From Pseudomonas phage HPP-Temi, in the sequence record PP968062.1: a stretch of DNA of 64,000 nt; one strand, written 5' to 3'. The notes below the pieces were generated by a model, which saw only the letters and a list, made by a program, of their open reading frames with translations, did no database searches and was not told the origin of the DNA. The number at the start of each line of letters is the position of its first letter. The first letter of the stretch is position 1. A program made the translations under genes and the position numbers. Shown here piece by piece: positions 1 through 9,449 of the stretch.

Positions 1-228
1 AGATCCAGATGTCTCCATTGATCTCTACGAATCGATGAGAGTTAAACTCTTTCTCTACCGCGCTACCAATACCTAACAATTCAGCCTCTCGTTTGTCAGA
101 GGACGCGTACAGGTTAAGGTTAGATTCAACCCCATCCCAAACGGTTAACTTACCTGACCTTTTAAAGCCCGGCATGAGTTCCTTCTGCTTGTAGAGAGAA
201 CCGTGATACAACAGCTCTGGTTTGTCCA
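1..228 (-). CDS. hypothetical protein, 3' end cut by window edge (MDKPELLYHGSLYKQ...)
   Basis: ATG at 228 reading leftward, AAGAGAA RBS-like upstream, open to position 1. Confidence 0.45.
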
Positions 229-293
229 TGGTGCGATTCTCTTAATAAACTCATACGATGGATGCCTTTTACGACATCCATCGCTAGAGAGCC

Positions 294-653
294 TTACAGA
301 GCCTTGTAGCTATCGTCCATGTCGATGGGGGAACCCATATGGAGTTGGAAGCGATCGAATAGGCTATCCATGTTCACTCGCAGTGCACGGATGTTCATGC
401 GATTGTCTTCCGGGCGGCCTTCGGATTCCCATACCTCATGTGCGATACCAGGAGCGACGTTATTCAGGTAATCCTGAACTTCGTCTTCTTCGAGCAACAG
501 AGTGCCTTGTAAACCGATACGAGAGATCAGCGCGTAATCACGTTGATTCGCTTTCTTAGAACCCTCACGTACCAGATAACTGGTGCCAGCGCCCGAACGG
601 CAACCAACGCCGTGGATTTCAACGATGTACTTATCGTGCCAAGTGTGATTCAT
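294..653 (-). CDS. hypothetical protein (contains HGVGCRSGAGTS motif)
   Basis: ORF track 294..668; second ATG preferred because GGAGAAG RBS lies 7 nt upstream. Confidence 0.5.
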   Translation of the reverse strand: MNHTWHDKYIVEIHGVGCRSGAGTSYLVREGSKKANQRDYALISRIGLQGTLLLEEDEVQDYLNNVAPGIAHEVWESEGRPEDNRMNIRALRVNMDSLFDRFQLHMGSPIDMDDSYKAL

Positions 654-668
654 GGAAATCTTCTCCAT

Positions 669-1217
669 TTATTCAACTCGTTTGTAATCAGCCGGAAGAT
701 GGTTACCTTCCCGTTTCATTACCAGGGGAACGGACAGAGTAACGCCGTCCGCCAGTTTCTCCAGAATGCGGTTAACCGCTGCTGCTTCCTGGAGGTTGGT
801 GCACGGCATTGCGATGGCGTCACCGTAGTACGGACTGTGGTTGATGCTGTCGCCGAACAGGCTATCGACGAAACCGTATTCCAGGCAATCTACAGTAGTC
901 ATGATAACGACAACGTTGTCATCACCAATCATACCGCTTTCGCGATCACCTACGATCTTCAAGCGTTGTTTCCACCCACGTTGGCAGATCCACACTTCAT
1001 GATAGCGGTAGGGGAACAGCGTTGCCCCGGTCATGGGATCGACTTCACTCACGAAGTACATGGTACCATAGGACGTATCACGGAAGATACCGCCGTCCTT
1101 GTGTTGCTCCCACACTTCTTCGAGACAGTGGGTGTGCTTGTTGATGAACTCGCCATCATTGTTCAGGGTTTCCACGATACCGTCACGGATACGGACAACG
1201 TGCAGGGTTTTGGTCAT
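669..1217 (-). CDS. hypothetical protein 182 aa
   Basis: long ORF in collinear minus-strand array, abuts neighbours. Confidence 0.6.
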   Translation of the reverse strand: MTKTLHVVRIRDGIVETLNNDGEFINKHTHCLEEVWEQHKDGGIFRDTSYGTMYFVSEVDPMTGATLFPYRYHEVWICQRGWKQRLKIVGDRESGMIGDDNVVVIMTTVDCLEYGFVDSLFGDSINHSPYYGDAIAMPCTNLQEAAAVNRILEKLADGVTLSVPLVMKREGNHLPADYKRVE

Positions 1218-1228
1218 GTTGTTTCCTC

Positions 1229-1675
1229 TTAATAGTTTCTGAAGCGTTCTTGGGTTACTTTCTCAGCCAGACGATCAATGACGTAGTTACGACCTACAGT
1301 GAACTGGAGTTTCTGAGGTCCGCTCAACTCTTCCCATTCGGTCAGATGAGGCAGATCCGAGACTTGATCGTATTGTGCTTTATTAAGCTTCGCGATCATC
1401 TCCCACACGTAAGGACCCCCGATAAACCAACGTAGACCCGTGAAGGTATCCCAGTCAGTCAGCTTCACGCCGTAGAGACTGAGATCAACTCCTGCTTCTT
1501 CTGCCATCTTACAGGTCTTTTTATAGGCATCGAATACCGCACGAAGGCGATGGTCGAAACCATCACCCTCGCACATTTCGATAGCTACGATCAACATCGG
1601 AAACGTATCACTGTAGAACTTGATTAGTTTCCGGTTTGCTGCCTCTTTAGCTTTCTGCTGTTGCGTCTTTGCCAT
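1229..1675 (-). CDS. hypothetical protein 148 aa
   Basis: ORF track; tight spacing with neighbours. Confidence 0.6.
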   Translation of the reverse strand: MAKTQQQKAKEAANRKLIKFYSDTFPMLIVAIEMCEGDGFDHRLRAVFDAYKKTCKMAEEAGVDLSLYGVKLTDWDTFTGLRWFIGGPYVWEMIAKLNKAQYDQVSDLPHLTEWEELSGPQKLQFTVGRNYVIDRLAEKVTQERFRNY

Positions 1676-2123
1676 TTTGAATTTCCCTGAACTCAGCGAA
1701 GAGTTCTTTTTGATTGTCGTAGTGACGGAAGGCTTTGTTCAGAACACTGATCGCACGCCCGAACATCTTGCGATCTTCACGAGAATGCTCTGACCAGGTC
1801 GGAATGCGACGACGTTTAACCTGCTCGTTGAGATGGCCAACCATATCCCAGAAGGCATAGGTGATCATCCAGTTGGCATGTTCATAGACCGAGTAGTTAT
1901 CCGGATTGACGTCACAGACATCTATCTGCAAACCTGCTTCCTTTGCATAAGCCATGATGCGCTTATGCTTAGTCAGCAACTGGGTCATTACGTCTTCGTT
2001 CGGAATCCCCTTACCAAAGAAGGTGTGGAGATTCTTTATCTGGAGCATGTAGCCGCGGTAACCTTTACTGAAAAAGGAATTCCGCATTTCAGAGCGAGTG
2101 CTACTTTTCTTTACCTCAATCAT
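1647..2123 (-). CDS. hypothetical protein ~159 aa
   Basis: ORF track 1647..2144; start moved to ATG preceded by GGAG, overlapping upstream stop (ATGA-type coupling). Confidence 0.5.
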   Translation of the reverse strand: MIEVKKSSTRSEMRNSFFSKGYRGYMLQIKNLHTFFGKGIPNEDVMTQLLTKHKRIMAYAKEAGLQIDVCDVNPDNYSVYEHANWMITYAFWDMVGHLNEQVKRRRIPTWSEHSREDRKMFGRAISVLNKAFRHYDNQKELFAEFREIQNGKDATAES

Positions 2124-2706
2124 CTTTACGCTCCACACGACCACCCAGGTTGTACTGGACCTTGAACTGCATCATCACCGGAGTGTTAGTCTGGGGACGC
2201 TCGGGGATCTCGTGATATTCACCGTCGAAACGAGTGAACGTCATTTCCCCTTGCAGCGCTTTGTAGATACTTGGCATGTAGTGAACATACCAGAGTTGAT
2301 CATCTTTCAGTGCATAATGACCGAAGCTATTTGTGTTGCGTGCATCGGTAACAACACGAATGTTCTTACCGAGTACATCACCGATGAACGCCAGATGATC
2401 ATCCAGTTCCATACCTTCAGCGGCATTGAACGTAGTGATGACTTCAGGTGCCAGGTACATCTCACGGAGAGTGTCATTGAGCGGATAGATCAGATGAGTC
2501 TCAACACCTTCCAACCACTTACCGAACTTACCCAGGTGATCCTGTTTGTCGGTACCAACCAATACTGTATCATCGTCATACGGCAGGGTAATCAGATCGT
2601 ACCCCTCGGCACGGGCACGTTGATGACCACAACCGTGGAAGTTGATACGCAACAGAGCCATGGCTTGAAGTTTGCCTCGGAGGGCTTCCAGAGTCACTCG
2701 TGACAT
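2116..2706 (-). CDS. hypothetical protein 196 aa
   Basis: ORF track. Confidence 0.6.
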   Translation of the reverse strand: MSRVTLEALRGKLQAMALLRINFHGCGHQRARAEGYDLITLPYDDDTVLVGTDKQDHLGKFGKWLEGVETHLIYPLNDTLREMYLAPEVITTFNAAEGMELDDHLAFIGDVLGKNIRVVTDARNTNSFGHYALKDDQLWYVHYMPSIYKALQGEMTFTRFDGEYHEIPERPQTNTPVMMQFKVQYNLGGRVERKDD

Positions 2707-2716
2707 TTTCTATTCC

Positions 2717-3178
2717 TCAGAATACCTTGTTAATGATGGCTGCGCGGAAGCGAGACCACTCAGTTTGACTAACTGCCAGGTGACGTTCTTTCGGACGCCA
2801 CAGGTGATCGCCACAATCGAGACCCAGGTAAAGCATGTTCGCTTTCCATTGGTTCCGATGGTTACGCAGAGTAGCAGACAGACTGAACTCGCACATGACT
2901 TCGTCAACATCCAGATGAACCAGAGTTTCACTGGTCATACCGCTCATACTGATGCCGAGTGCTTTACGCACCCGGATCAGATCTTCGGTCATCGTCCGCC
3001 ATGTCCGGATATGGGCATAGTACTCATCCGGAGTCATGCTGTTCTTGTAGTACAGGCCGCCCGGAGTCATTGCCATCCAATCCGGGAACTGCGAAACTAT
3101 GTAATACATCCAATCACTGTTGTGACGGAGTTCGTTCAGCTTTTCTTGGATCACGAGGTTAGTGGTTGCCTTAGCCAT
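2717..3178 (-). CDS. hypothetical protein, paralog of the next gene (shared FP.MM.TP.GL.YK motif)
   Basis: ORF track; N-terminal similarity to 3178..3633 product. Confidence 0.6.
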   Translation of the reverse strand: MAKATTNLVIQEKLNELRHNSDWMYYIVSQFPDWMAMTPGGLYYKNSMTPDEYYAHIRTWRTMTEDLIRVRKALGISMSGMTSETLVHLDVDEVMCEFSLSATLRNHRNQWKANMLYLGLDCGDHLWRPKERHLAVSQTEWSRFRAAIINKVF

Positions 3179-3633
3179 TAGACAGTTACCTCGCGCAGAT
3201 ACTCGATAACTGCTTCCTGGAATTCCAACCAGATAGCACGCATATCGACATCATCACGTTGACGAGCACGCCATACATCCGACTCACTCGGAAGCTCCAA
3301 GGCTTTGCAGATATCGCGCCATTGGTGCAGGTATTTACGAATACCAGCAGGAGTGTAAACTACCACCATCGCATCGACGGTAGCCAGTTTGACGAAAGCC
3401 TCGTCTTCGTTCGGCATACCACCCCAGCTAACATCGATCTCACGAACGAGATCGTTCAGTTCAGCCAGGCGATTGTGAAACTCGATCACACCTTCACGAC
3501 CCGGCTTGTAGTTCAGACCAGAAGGCATGGTGCGCATCATGGCCGGGAACAGTTCAGTCAGGACAGCGTAGTAACGTTCATCCTTGGCAAGTTCACGGAG
3601 TTTGTTTTCGAGCATGGAGTTAATCTTAGGCAT
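3178..3633 (-). CDS. hypothetical protein, paralog of 2717..3178
   Basis: ORF track; tandem duplicate. Confidence 0.6.
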   Translation of the reverse strand: MPKINSMLENKLRELAKDERYYAVLTELFPAMMRTMPSGLNYKPGREGVIEFHNRLAELNDLVREIDVSWGGMPNEDEAFVKLATVDAMVVVYTPAGIRKYLHQWRDICKALELPSESDVWRARQRDDVDMRAIWLEFQEAVIEYLREVTV

Positions 3634-3660
3634 TTCTATTTCCTCAGGGCTTGATGGAAT

Positions 3661-4182
3661 TTAAACGGTTGCAGGTTTTGGTTTGACGGACTTGATGATC
3701 TCGCTGTACGACATCCAGTTATAGTTGGTGAAGAACTCCGGATGATTTGCTTTCAGCCATTTAACGAACTTATCCAGTTCGACTTCCCGTACGATACCAT
3801 TACCATAGAGATCTCGACGGCATGGATGATCTTCGGGTATTTCAGCGCAATGTGCCTCGTGCATTTGTCGCAACAACTCCAACAAATTTTCTTTACGTCC
3901 AATCATGAACGTAAACACATGCACTGGATCCCAACCGGTCATAGTGGTCCATACGGATTTATTAGCTGTCAGGTTTTCGAGTTTAAGCTCTTTCACCTTA
4001 TCCATCAGTAGTTTACATTGAACAAGCATCCCTCGTAGCTGTTCTTCCGGATCTCCGTCAATAATCCAGTGAGAACCGCCAGGCATATAACCGCAGAAGG
4101 TGTAAAGGCTATCACGCAAATATGCATGACGACCGCGTTCCAAAGCTTCTGCTTTCTTTTGTTCCTTAGATTTAGCCATTTT
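3661..4182 (-). CDS. hypothetical protein ~173 aa
   Basis: ORF track 3661..4239; start moved downstream of upstream stop (MKMAKSKEQ). Confidence 0.5.
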   Translation of the reverse strand, partial: KMAKSKEQKKAEALERGRHAYLRDSLYTFCGYMPGGSHWIIDGDPEEQLRGMLVQCKLLMDKVKELKLENLTANKSVWTTMTGWDPVHVFTFMIGRKENLLELLRQMHEAHCAEIPEDHPCRRDLYGNGIVREVELDKFVKWLKANHPEFFTNYNWMSYSEIIKSVKPKPATV

Positions 4183-4615
4183 CATAACCCTCGTCAGATT
4201 TGTAAGTGCGTTCTGGACTGAACACGTACTTGATGTCATGAATCACCGCTGTGATATAGACCTGATATTCTTTTGAAATAGACTCCATCTGTTCTACAGT
4301 CACTTCTTCCAAAGACGAGATCTTGGCATAAGCGTCATCAAGAAGATCATCATCATTGCCGAACAACCATCCCCGGTCAGAGGAACTGATAACCGGATAA
4401 TGAACCCAGGTACGGATATAAGGCTTACCCAGATGGATCACCTGAATGACCTCATTGTGGGATTGACCTTTCTTTTTGTTCACGTACTTGACATGACGCT
4501 CAATGTACGCATAGATACCCGAGCAATGCTCGTTGGCGTAAGCGGCCAATTCGAAACCGTACTTATGGCCTACGTTGTTGGGATCACGACGCCATTGCGG
4601 AATGAAAGCTTTCAT
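4172..4615 (-). CDS. hypothetical protein ~147 aa
   Basis: ORF track 4172..4630; ATGA overlap with upstream stop. Confidence 0.5.
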   Translation of the reverse strand: MKAFIPQWRRDPNNVGHKYGFELAAYANEHCSGIYAYIERHVKYVNKKKGQSHNEVIQVIHLGKPYIRTWVHYPVISSSDRGWLFGNDDDLLDDAYAKISSLEEVTVEQMESISKEYQVYITAVIHDIKYVFSPERTYKSDEGYENG

Positions 4616-5127
4616 TTGAATTCGTACCATCCATAAATAGTCAGATCGAGGTCTTTCCAGAACAACTGGGAAAACTCCTCGAAGGTATCGGCATTCTCCA
4701 GTTCGTCCAACTCGACGTCAGGAGATTTAACGAAGCTCATCCCCGTCTCGGGATAAACGTCAGTGATGATGCGAGTGGTGTTGTCCGAATAGTCACGAGT
4801 GAACGTGGTTACGGAACGATCGGTGAACAGAGCGACACTGAGATCACCTTTATGGTTACCCAATTCGTCAGTTACAGCGTCGATGATATCGACATCGATA
4901 ATGTTGCCGCCGAAGTCGAGGATCTTCAGACGGTTACGAACCAGCTCACTGGCTACCCAATCATCGGATTTGATGACCAGGAGTTTAGCTACCTCGCCAT
5001 TGTAGGTAACCAGATCATCCGCACCTTCTACACGGAGGCTCCAGTCGAAACGGATGTCGGTATCCCCGACACCTTTGTCATGAGCGATGATGACGCCTTG
5101 TTTGCCATAAACTACGATGTGCTTCAT
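4612..5127 (-). CDS. hypothetical protein 171 aa
   Basis: ORF track. Confidence 0.6.
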   Translation of the reverse strand: MKHIVVYGKQGVIIAHDKGVGDTDIRFDWSLRVEGADDLVTYNGEVAKLLVIKSDDWVASELVRNRLKILDFGGNIIDVDIIDAVTDELGNHKGDLSVALFTDRSVTTFTRDYSDNTTRIITDVYPETGMSFVKSPDVELDELENADTFEEFSQLFWKDLDLTIYGWYEFK

Positions 5128-5144
5128 TTGTATATTCCTTTTGA

Positions 5145-5525
5145 TTAATTGAAACGACTAAATGCATTCCACCACTCTTCATCACGAATGTGAAGAGTCG
5201 TGCACAGATCGATGATCGCGTCGAAGAGCAGAACGGTTGTCGGATTCCGTCCAATGAACTCGCGCTGGAAAGAAGTGAAGATAGCGATGATGTTATCACC
5301 GTCTTCAGTATCGAACAGGATCTGGTCATGGACCAGTGCCATGTCGTAGAAGTCGACTTTATTCAGAGTTTCAAGAAGAACTTCAAGTCGCTTGAGAGCG
5401 GTGTTCAGCTCGAAAACGATGACCGGGTTGCAACCACGGTCTTTATGGTGATGCATGCGATGCTTGGAGATACGCTCTACGATCAAGCGAGGAAGACCTT
5501 GTACATCTACGAGTTTACCTTTCAT
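5145..5525 (-). CDS. hypothetical protein 126 aa
   Basis: ORF track; AAGGAAAA RBS. Confidence 0.6.
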   Translation of the reverse strand: MKGKLVDVQGLPRLIVERISKHRMHHHKDRGCNPVIVFELNTALKRLEVLLETLNKVDFYDMALVHDQILFDTEDGDNIIAIFTSFQREFIGRNPTTVLLFDAIIDLCTTLHIRDEEWWNAFSRFN

Positions 5526-5553
5526 TTTGATTTTCCTTTTTTGCGAAATAAAT

Positions 5554-5571
5554 GCCCTCCCGAAGGAGGGC
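5554..5571 (-). terminator. rho-independent terminator, GCCCUCC-UUCG-GGAGGGC followed by U-rich tract
   Basis: perfect 7-bp GC stem with CGAA loop on plus strand, followed on minus strand by ATTTATTT. Confidence 0.65.
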
Positions 5572-5580
5572 GATATGTTG

Positions 5581-6060
5581 TTACAGGTTGATGACGGTTA
5601 CGAACTCGAACACGCGGTTCAGCTCTTCGTCGCGGTACGCTTGACGGAAAGGCTTGCCCTCAACGCCGCAATACGGGAAGAACAGTTTGCGATGCTCGGT
5701 CTCACCGAACCAGAAGGTCGTGGTATTGGAATCGATGATCCCATGCGTAGCCACACCACGGATGTTCTGGAATACGTGAACCGCCTTCTCAGCGATCACA
5801 CGCAGTTCCACACCATGTTCGTTCATCATGGCCAGGATGTCCTCACGACTGTAGTCAGTACGCTCGGCATTGGTCATGATCTCGTGAACCAGAGAACGCT
5901 TCTCTTTGTCACCGAAGCAGATGCAAACCAACTGGACCAAAGAGCCTTCGATCTTGAGTTGGTTGATCGGCTTGAACAGAACGATGTTCTCGTACTTGAA
6001 ATCGTTGGTAACGATCAGAACGGAACTGTCGCGTACAGCGATACCCAGACTGTAAGTCAT
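5581..6060 (-). CDS. hypothetical protein 159 aa
   Basis: ORF track. Confidence 0.6.
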   Translation of the reverse strand: MTYSLGIAVRDSSVLIVTNDFKYENIVLFKPINQLKIEGSLVQLVCICFGDKEKRSLVHEIMTNAERTDYSREDILAMMNEHGVELRVIAEKAVHVFQNIRGVATHGIIDSNTTTFWFGETEHRKLFFPYCGVEGKPFRQAYRDEELNRVFEFVTVINL

Positions 6061-6064
6061 GTTT

Positions 6065-6424
6065 TTATTCCTCTTTAGAAATTGAAATGGTGGCTACCGC
6101 AGCGACCTCATGATCACGAAGGTAAACCAGTTTTACTTTGTAGTTACCAGCAGGCTGACCCATTGCTAGAAGCATTTTGGGTAGATCAGGCTGAGTGGAG
6201 ACATGCGCCAGCATCAACTGGGCAGTCTTGAAGTCTTGCCAACGGACCACTTCCTGTTGTTGGAAGGTAATAGCCCATACAGCAATCTTTTCCCCTTTCT
6301 TTCTAACGAACCACAGAAGGTCTTGATCGTCTTCGGTCGTGACCTTCATGTAGTACGGAGATTGAACGGGGAGCATCAGGTTACGAACATTATTCGCACC
6401 TGACGTATCCCAGTTGAATACCAT
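6065..6424 (-). CDS. hypothetical protein 119 aa
   Basis: ORF track. Confidence 0.6.
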   Translation of the reverse strand: MVFNWDTSGANNVRNLMLPVQSPYYMKVTTEDDQDLLWFVRKKGEKIAVWAITFQQQEVVRWQDFKTAQLMLAHVSTQPDLPKMLLAMGQPAGNYKVKLVYLRDHEVAAVATISISKEE

Positions 6425-6431
6425 GCTTACC

Positions 6432-6659
6432 TCACAGAGTCGGTAGCGGGAATGCCGGATTCACACGGATATCAGCTTCAGTCACGTAGACATAGCTGAT
6501 GGTGGTTTCATCACGACGGATACCGTACATCGCTGGAGCTTTGGCAGGATCAACTACCATGATGCGTCCCGGTTGTTCGGCTTCCATGTACACCTCACCC
6601 TTGCTATTCTTGATCTGGGTGTTGGTGATGATGTAAGTACTACACTTGAATTTCTTTTC
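6432..6659 (-). CDS. hypothetical protein ~75 aa
   Basis: ORF track 6432..6731 trimmed to ATG with TGAGGA RBS just after upstream TGA. Confidence 0.5.
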   Translation of the reverse strand, partial: EKKFKCSTYIITNTQIKNSKGEVYMEAEQPGRIMVVDPAKAPAMYGIRRDETTISYVYVTEADIRVNPAFPLPTL

Positions 6660-6669
6660 CATGTCGTCC

Positions 6670-7314
6670 TCAGTTGAGCCAGCTGTTGTCGGTATCAGCG
6701 AAACGTGCAGCTGAACGATGTGGATAACCAAACGGGATTTGTGGAAGGATGGGTTGATCGATCAAATGTGTCGGATACTCGGGTTCATCGGGGAAGTAGC
6801 CTTCCAGTGAATAGACGAGTTGAATGACACGAACACGATCGGAGTTCGGACCGTAGTAACGACCACAGTTCAAACCAACCCCGTGCATGAATTGATCGGA
6901 ATCGATCGGAATGAAGCGGTAGTAGTAGCGCAGGTTCAGTTGGCTGAGCAACACGTCGTTCAGGTAGTCTGCCCAGTCGCCAGCGCTGTACTGCTCACGT
7001 TCGTGCAGGTCAACCAGATCCAGTGCCAAGGCAGCGCCATTGAAGATCTTACGAACGTAGTCTTTCTCAGTCAGACCCATGGTAACCATTTCAGGTAACC
7101 CCATGCGACCGAGACCGATGGTGTAGCGAGCCTGGGGAATCTCATCAGCGCGACGCGTGTAAATCACGTAATCATCGCTACCGAATTGACTGTTGATGGT
7201 CTGAATGATTTCAGCCACCTTCTTCTCCAGTACATGCGACATTTCGAAAACCGGATTGCTCGGTTGAATAACCATACCGCCCTGAGTACCTGTCATATCG
7301 ACTACAGTGGACAT
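6670..7314 (-). CDS. hypothetical protein 214 aa
   Basis: ORF track. Confidence 0.6.
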   Translation of the reverse strand: MSTVVDMTGTQGGMVIQPSNPVFEMSHVLEKKVAEIIQTINSQFGSDDYVIYTRRADEIPQARYTIGLGRMGLPEMVTMGLTEKDYVRKIFNGAALALDLVDLHEREQYSAGDWADYLNDVLLSQLNLRYYYRFIPIDSDQFMHGVGLNCGRYYGPNSDRVRVIQLVYSLEGYFPDEPEYPTHLIDQPILPQIPFGYPHRSAARFADTDNSWLN

Positions 7315-7335
7315 ATTCTCTCCTAAGGGAATAAA

Positions 7336-7353
7336 GAGGACCCGAAGGCCCTC
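7336..7353 (-). terminator. stem-loop terminator, CGAA loop, one mismatch in stem
   Basis: GAGGACC-CGAA-GGCCCTC followed on minus strand by TTTATT. Confidence 0.5.
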
Positions 7354-7711
7354 AATTGAGTAACAGATAACCGTACTGAGTTTCTTTCACAGCTTTCCGA
7401 ATACGACCTTCAATCTGCTTAGCTTCAGATTGACTTGCAGGGAACTCCAGCAGTTCTAGATCGCTATTCTCAGGATCACCTTCCATCAACCGATTCATTT
7501 TAGGCCATGGACTAGCCTGGCCTTTGATTCGAGTGATGAGCTGGTCAACATCTTTAGAAACTGTTTTGCTTCGTCCCATAATGAACTTGCCAGTTCCCAG
7601 ATGGACCACACAGTACAGCCCACTCGTCACTATATCTTTACGCTTCCCCCTACCCCAGATAGTCGAAGACCATTTGTTGTATTGGGTTTCACCGTGGAAT
7701 GCCTGTTGCAT
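7352..7711 (-). CDS. small GIY-YIG nuclease-superfamily protein (YhbQ-like, no DNA-binding extension)
   Basis: SGLYCVVHLGTGKFIMGRS matches GIY...YIG spacing, later conserved R/E; 119 aa. Confidence 0.55.
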   Translation of the reverse strand: MQQAFHGETQYNKWSSTIWGRGKRKDIVTSGLYCVVHLGTGKFIMGRSKTVSKDVDQLITRIKGQASPWPKMNRLMEGDPENSDLELLEFPASQSEAKQIEGRIRKAVKETQYGYLLLN

Positions 7712-7725
7712 TTTCAGATCCTTGC

Positions 7726-7748
7726 TAAATGACTATTACATTTAGCAT
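7726..7748 (-). promoter_or_regulatory. 8-bp inverted repeat GCTAAATG-7nt-CATTTAGC just upstream of the GIY-YIG gene RBS
   Basis: perfect inverted repeat; no U-tract, so probably a regulatory hairpin or operator rather than a terminator. Confidence 0.35.
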
Positions 7749-7755
7749 CCCAGTA

Positions 7756-8280
7756 TTACTTGTGGTACTCTGGGTACAGGCGCCGGGATTCTCCGTTGTA
7801 TTCAATAACGATAGTTTCCAACTTGTTGAGAATCTCAGCCATCTTCAGGTATGCATCACGTCCCTCTTTGTGCTGGTCATACAAAGGATCGAATACACCG
7901 ATCGATTCCATTTCAGCATCGAGTTGAATGGCTTTGTCCAATGCCTCACAAGAGGTCATGAAGATCTGACGTCCTTCCATCGCCACTTTCAGTTGTATTT
8001 CGAGAATACGGTTGTAACCCTTACGGAAGAACTCTGGATTACCGTCATAACCTTTTGCAACCGCACGCCGGAAGAGTTCAACATCTACCGGAATATCGGT
8101 GGCGATACCGTTATGACTACCTACCACAAAACGACGACCACTGGAATCGGTTGCGTAGAACAGGCTGGTACCGTCCATTTCTTCTTGCAGGGTTAATACC
8201 CAGCCAGGTTGATAGATGACACCGGGGTTGTCGGTGGTGGACAGGGTGGTAGTGGTGAAGAACTGATCACCTACTTTCAT
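7756..8280 (-). CDS. hypothetical protein 174 aa
   Basis: ORF track. Confidence 0.6.
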   Translation of the reverse strand: MKVGDQFFTTTTLSTTDNPGVIYQPGWVLTLQEEMDGTSLFYATDSSGRRFVVGSHNGIATDIPVDVELFRRAVAKGYDGNPEFFRKGYNRILEIQLKVAMEGRQIFMTSCEALDKAIQLDAEMESIGVFDPLYDQHKEGRDAYLKMAEILNKLETIVIEYNGESRRLYPEYHK

Positions 8281-8319
8281 TTGGAGTTTCCTTTTAAATT
8301 GAGTTGAGAAAGTGGAGCG

Positions 8320-8589
8320 TCAGTAAATCACAAGCTGACGCCGAGTGGCATAGAACGAAACCGCTTCTGGATCTTTCTCCAGAACGACTTCATAGGTATC
8401 TTCGTTGACCTTACGGATGATCTTGAGATAATCACCCTTGTTGGCCATAACCAGACCAGGACCAGAATCACCGACGTTGGCGGTGATGTTTTCGAGAGCA
8501 GCAGCTTTTGCAGTCATGAGTTCAATCTTCTCCATATAGGGTTCAAGGAATTCAACAGCTTTACCAACAAGTTCGTGTAGAAAGCCCAT
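8320..8589 (-). CDS. hypothetical protein 89 aa
   Basis: ORF track. Confidence 0.55.
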   Translation of the reverse strand: MGFLHELVGKAVEFLEPYMEKIELMTAKAAALENITANVGDSGPGLVMANKGDYLKIIRKVNEDTYEVVLEKDPEAVSFYATRRQLVIY

Positions 8590-8591
8590 GG

Positions 8592-8891
8592 TTATTTACC
8601 GTAGTCGTTGAAGGTGTCTTCCATATCACTGAACGGAATGGTTTCGATTTGATCGTAGTTGTCACGGTTGATCACACGGAAACCACCTGCCGGGTTATCC
8701 GTATCCTCACAAATGATTTCCAGATCATCACCTTCGTTTGCATACTTGGTCTCAGTATAACCTTTTTCTCGATCAGTACGCGTGATGAAAATATCGCGAG
8801 CAGCTTGTAGGACCATCCCTTTTACGAGATCGTTCTTAGCCAAGTTCGCACTGAGTTTCATTGTATCGTTAATGAGGGCACTGAAGTTCAT
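8592..8891 (-). CDS. hypothetical acidic protein 99 aa
   Basis: ORF track. Confidence 0.55.
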   Translation of the reverse strand: MNFSALINDTMKLSANLAKNDLVKGMVLQAARDIFITRTDREKGYTETKYANEGDDLEIICEDTDNPAGGFRVINRDNYDQIETIPFSDMEDTFNDYGK

Positions 8892-8998
8892 TTCTTTTTA
8901 CCTTTTACTTTTTCGGTATCTACATCTTTACGCGTTCTCCACTTTTGATCGAGGATCGAGTTGATGATGTATTTTTGACGAGTTGGAACTGGTTGCAT
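8888..8998 (-). CDS. possible small basic ORF (~36 aa, MQPVPTRQKYIINS...)
   Basis: fills the 110-nt gap; its stop overlaps the downstream ATG (ATGA); weak RBS. Confidence 0.3.
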   Translation of the reverse strand: MQPVPTRQKYIINSILDQKWRTRKDVDTEKVKGKKK

Positions 8999-9000
8999 CG

Positions 9001-9357
9001 TTAACCCATTATGAGTTGTGAGATGGTGATATTCAAATCACGTTGGAAAAGATTTGCAGACGGATTGTCTAATTTGTGGTTAGCATGTGCACAAATCTCG
9101 TTAGTGTTGCGATCAACGAACACCGTCAGGAAACGTTTATCGCGTCCCTGGAAGATGCAGTTGACAACCATCAGACGATCGTCATTTTCACCGCCGCGCA
9201 TTTCAGCTACGTAGTCGATCTTGTCCGACATGGCCTCTACGAGCGCCTTGGTGATGTCGACGGTCTTCATGCCAGCTTCGTGTTGCCTTTTGTAATACTC
9301 GCGTATAACCGCTTCTGCCGCCGCGTTACGCGCCAGACGAATTAGTTCTTCAAGCAT
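9001..9357 (-). CDS. hypothetical protein ~118 aa
   Basis: ORF track 9001..9432 trimmed because its 5' part runs through a terminator hairpin; MLEEL start has TGGGGA RBS. Confidence 0.55.
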   Translation of the reverse strand: MLEELIRLARNAAAEAVIREYYKRQHEAGMKTVDITKALVEAMSDKIDYVAEMRGGENDDRLMVVNCIFQGRDKRFLTVFVDRNTNEICAHANHKLDNPSANLFQRDLNITISQLIMG

Positions 9358-9375
9358 GTGAAATCCCCAGGTTGA

Positions 9376-9414
9376 CATGTTTGTAATATAGTGTTCTAAA
9401 CACTTTGAATGCAA
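9376..9414 (-). promoter_or_regulatory. promoter-like element, family A variant: TTGCAT-18nt-TATATT with an embedded AGTGTT-TAG-AACACT palindrome
   Basis: minus strand reads TTGCATTCAAAGTGTTTAGAACACTATATTACAAACATG; sits between a terminator and the gene start. Confidence 0.5.
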
Positions 9415-9424
9415 CGGTATAAAC

Positions 9425-9443
9425 TCTCCCACTAGGGGAGAGC
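9425..9443 (-). terminator. stem-loop terminator (CTCTCCC / GGGAGAG) followed by TTTAT
   Basis: 7-bp stem, 5-nt loop, U-rich tail on minus strand. Confidence 0.55.
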
Positions 9444-9449
9444 TTATGT

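Noticed and set aside
203-1232. Plus-strand ORFs 203..559 and 543..1232, and most other plus-strand ORFs in the track between 1 and 60400
   Set aside because: They lie entirely antisense to longer, tightly packed minus-strand ORFs with RBS and translational-coupling signals. They look like shadow ORFs in GC-rich antisense frames.
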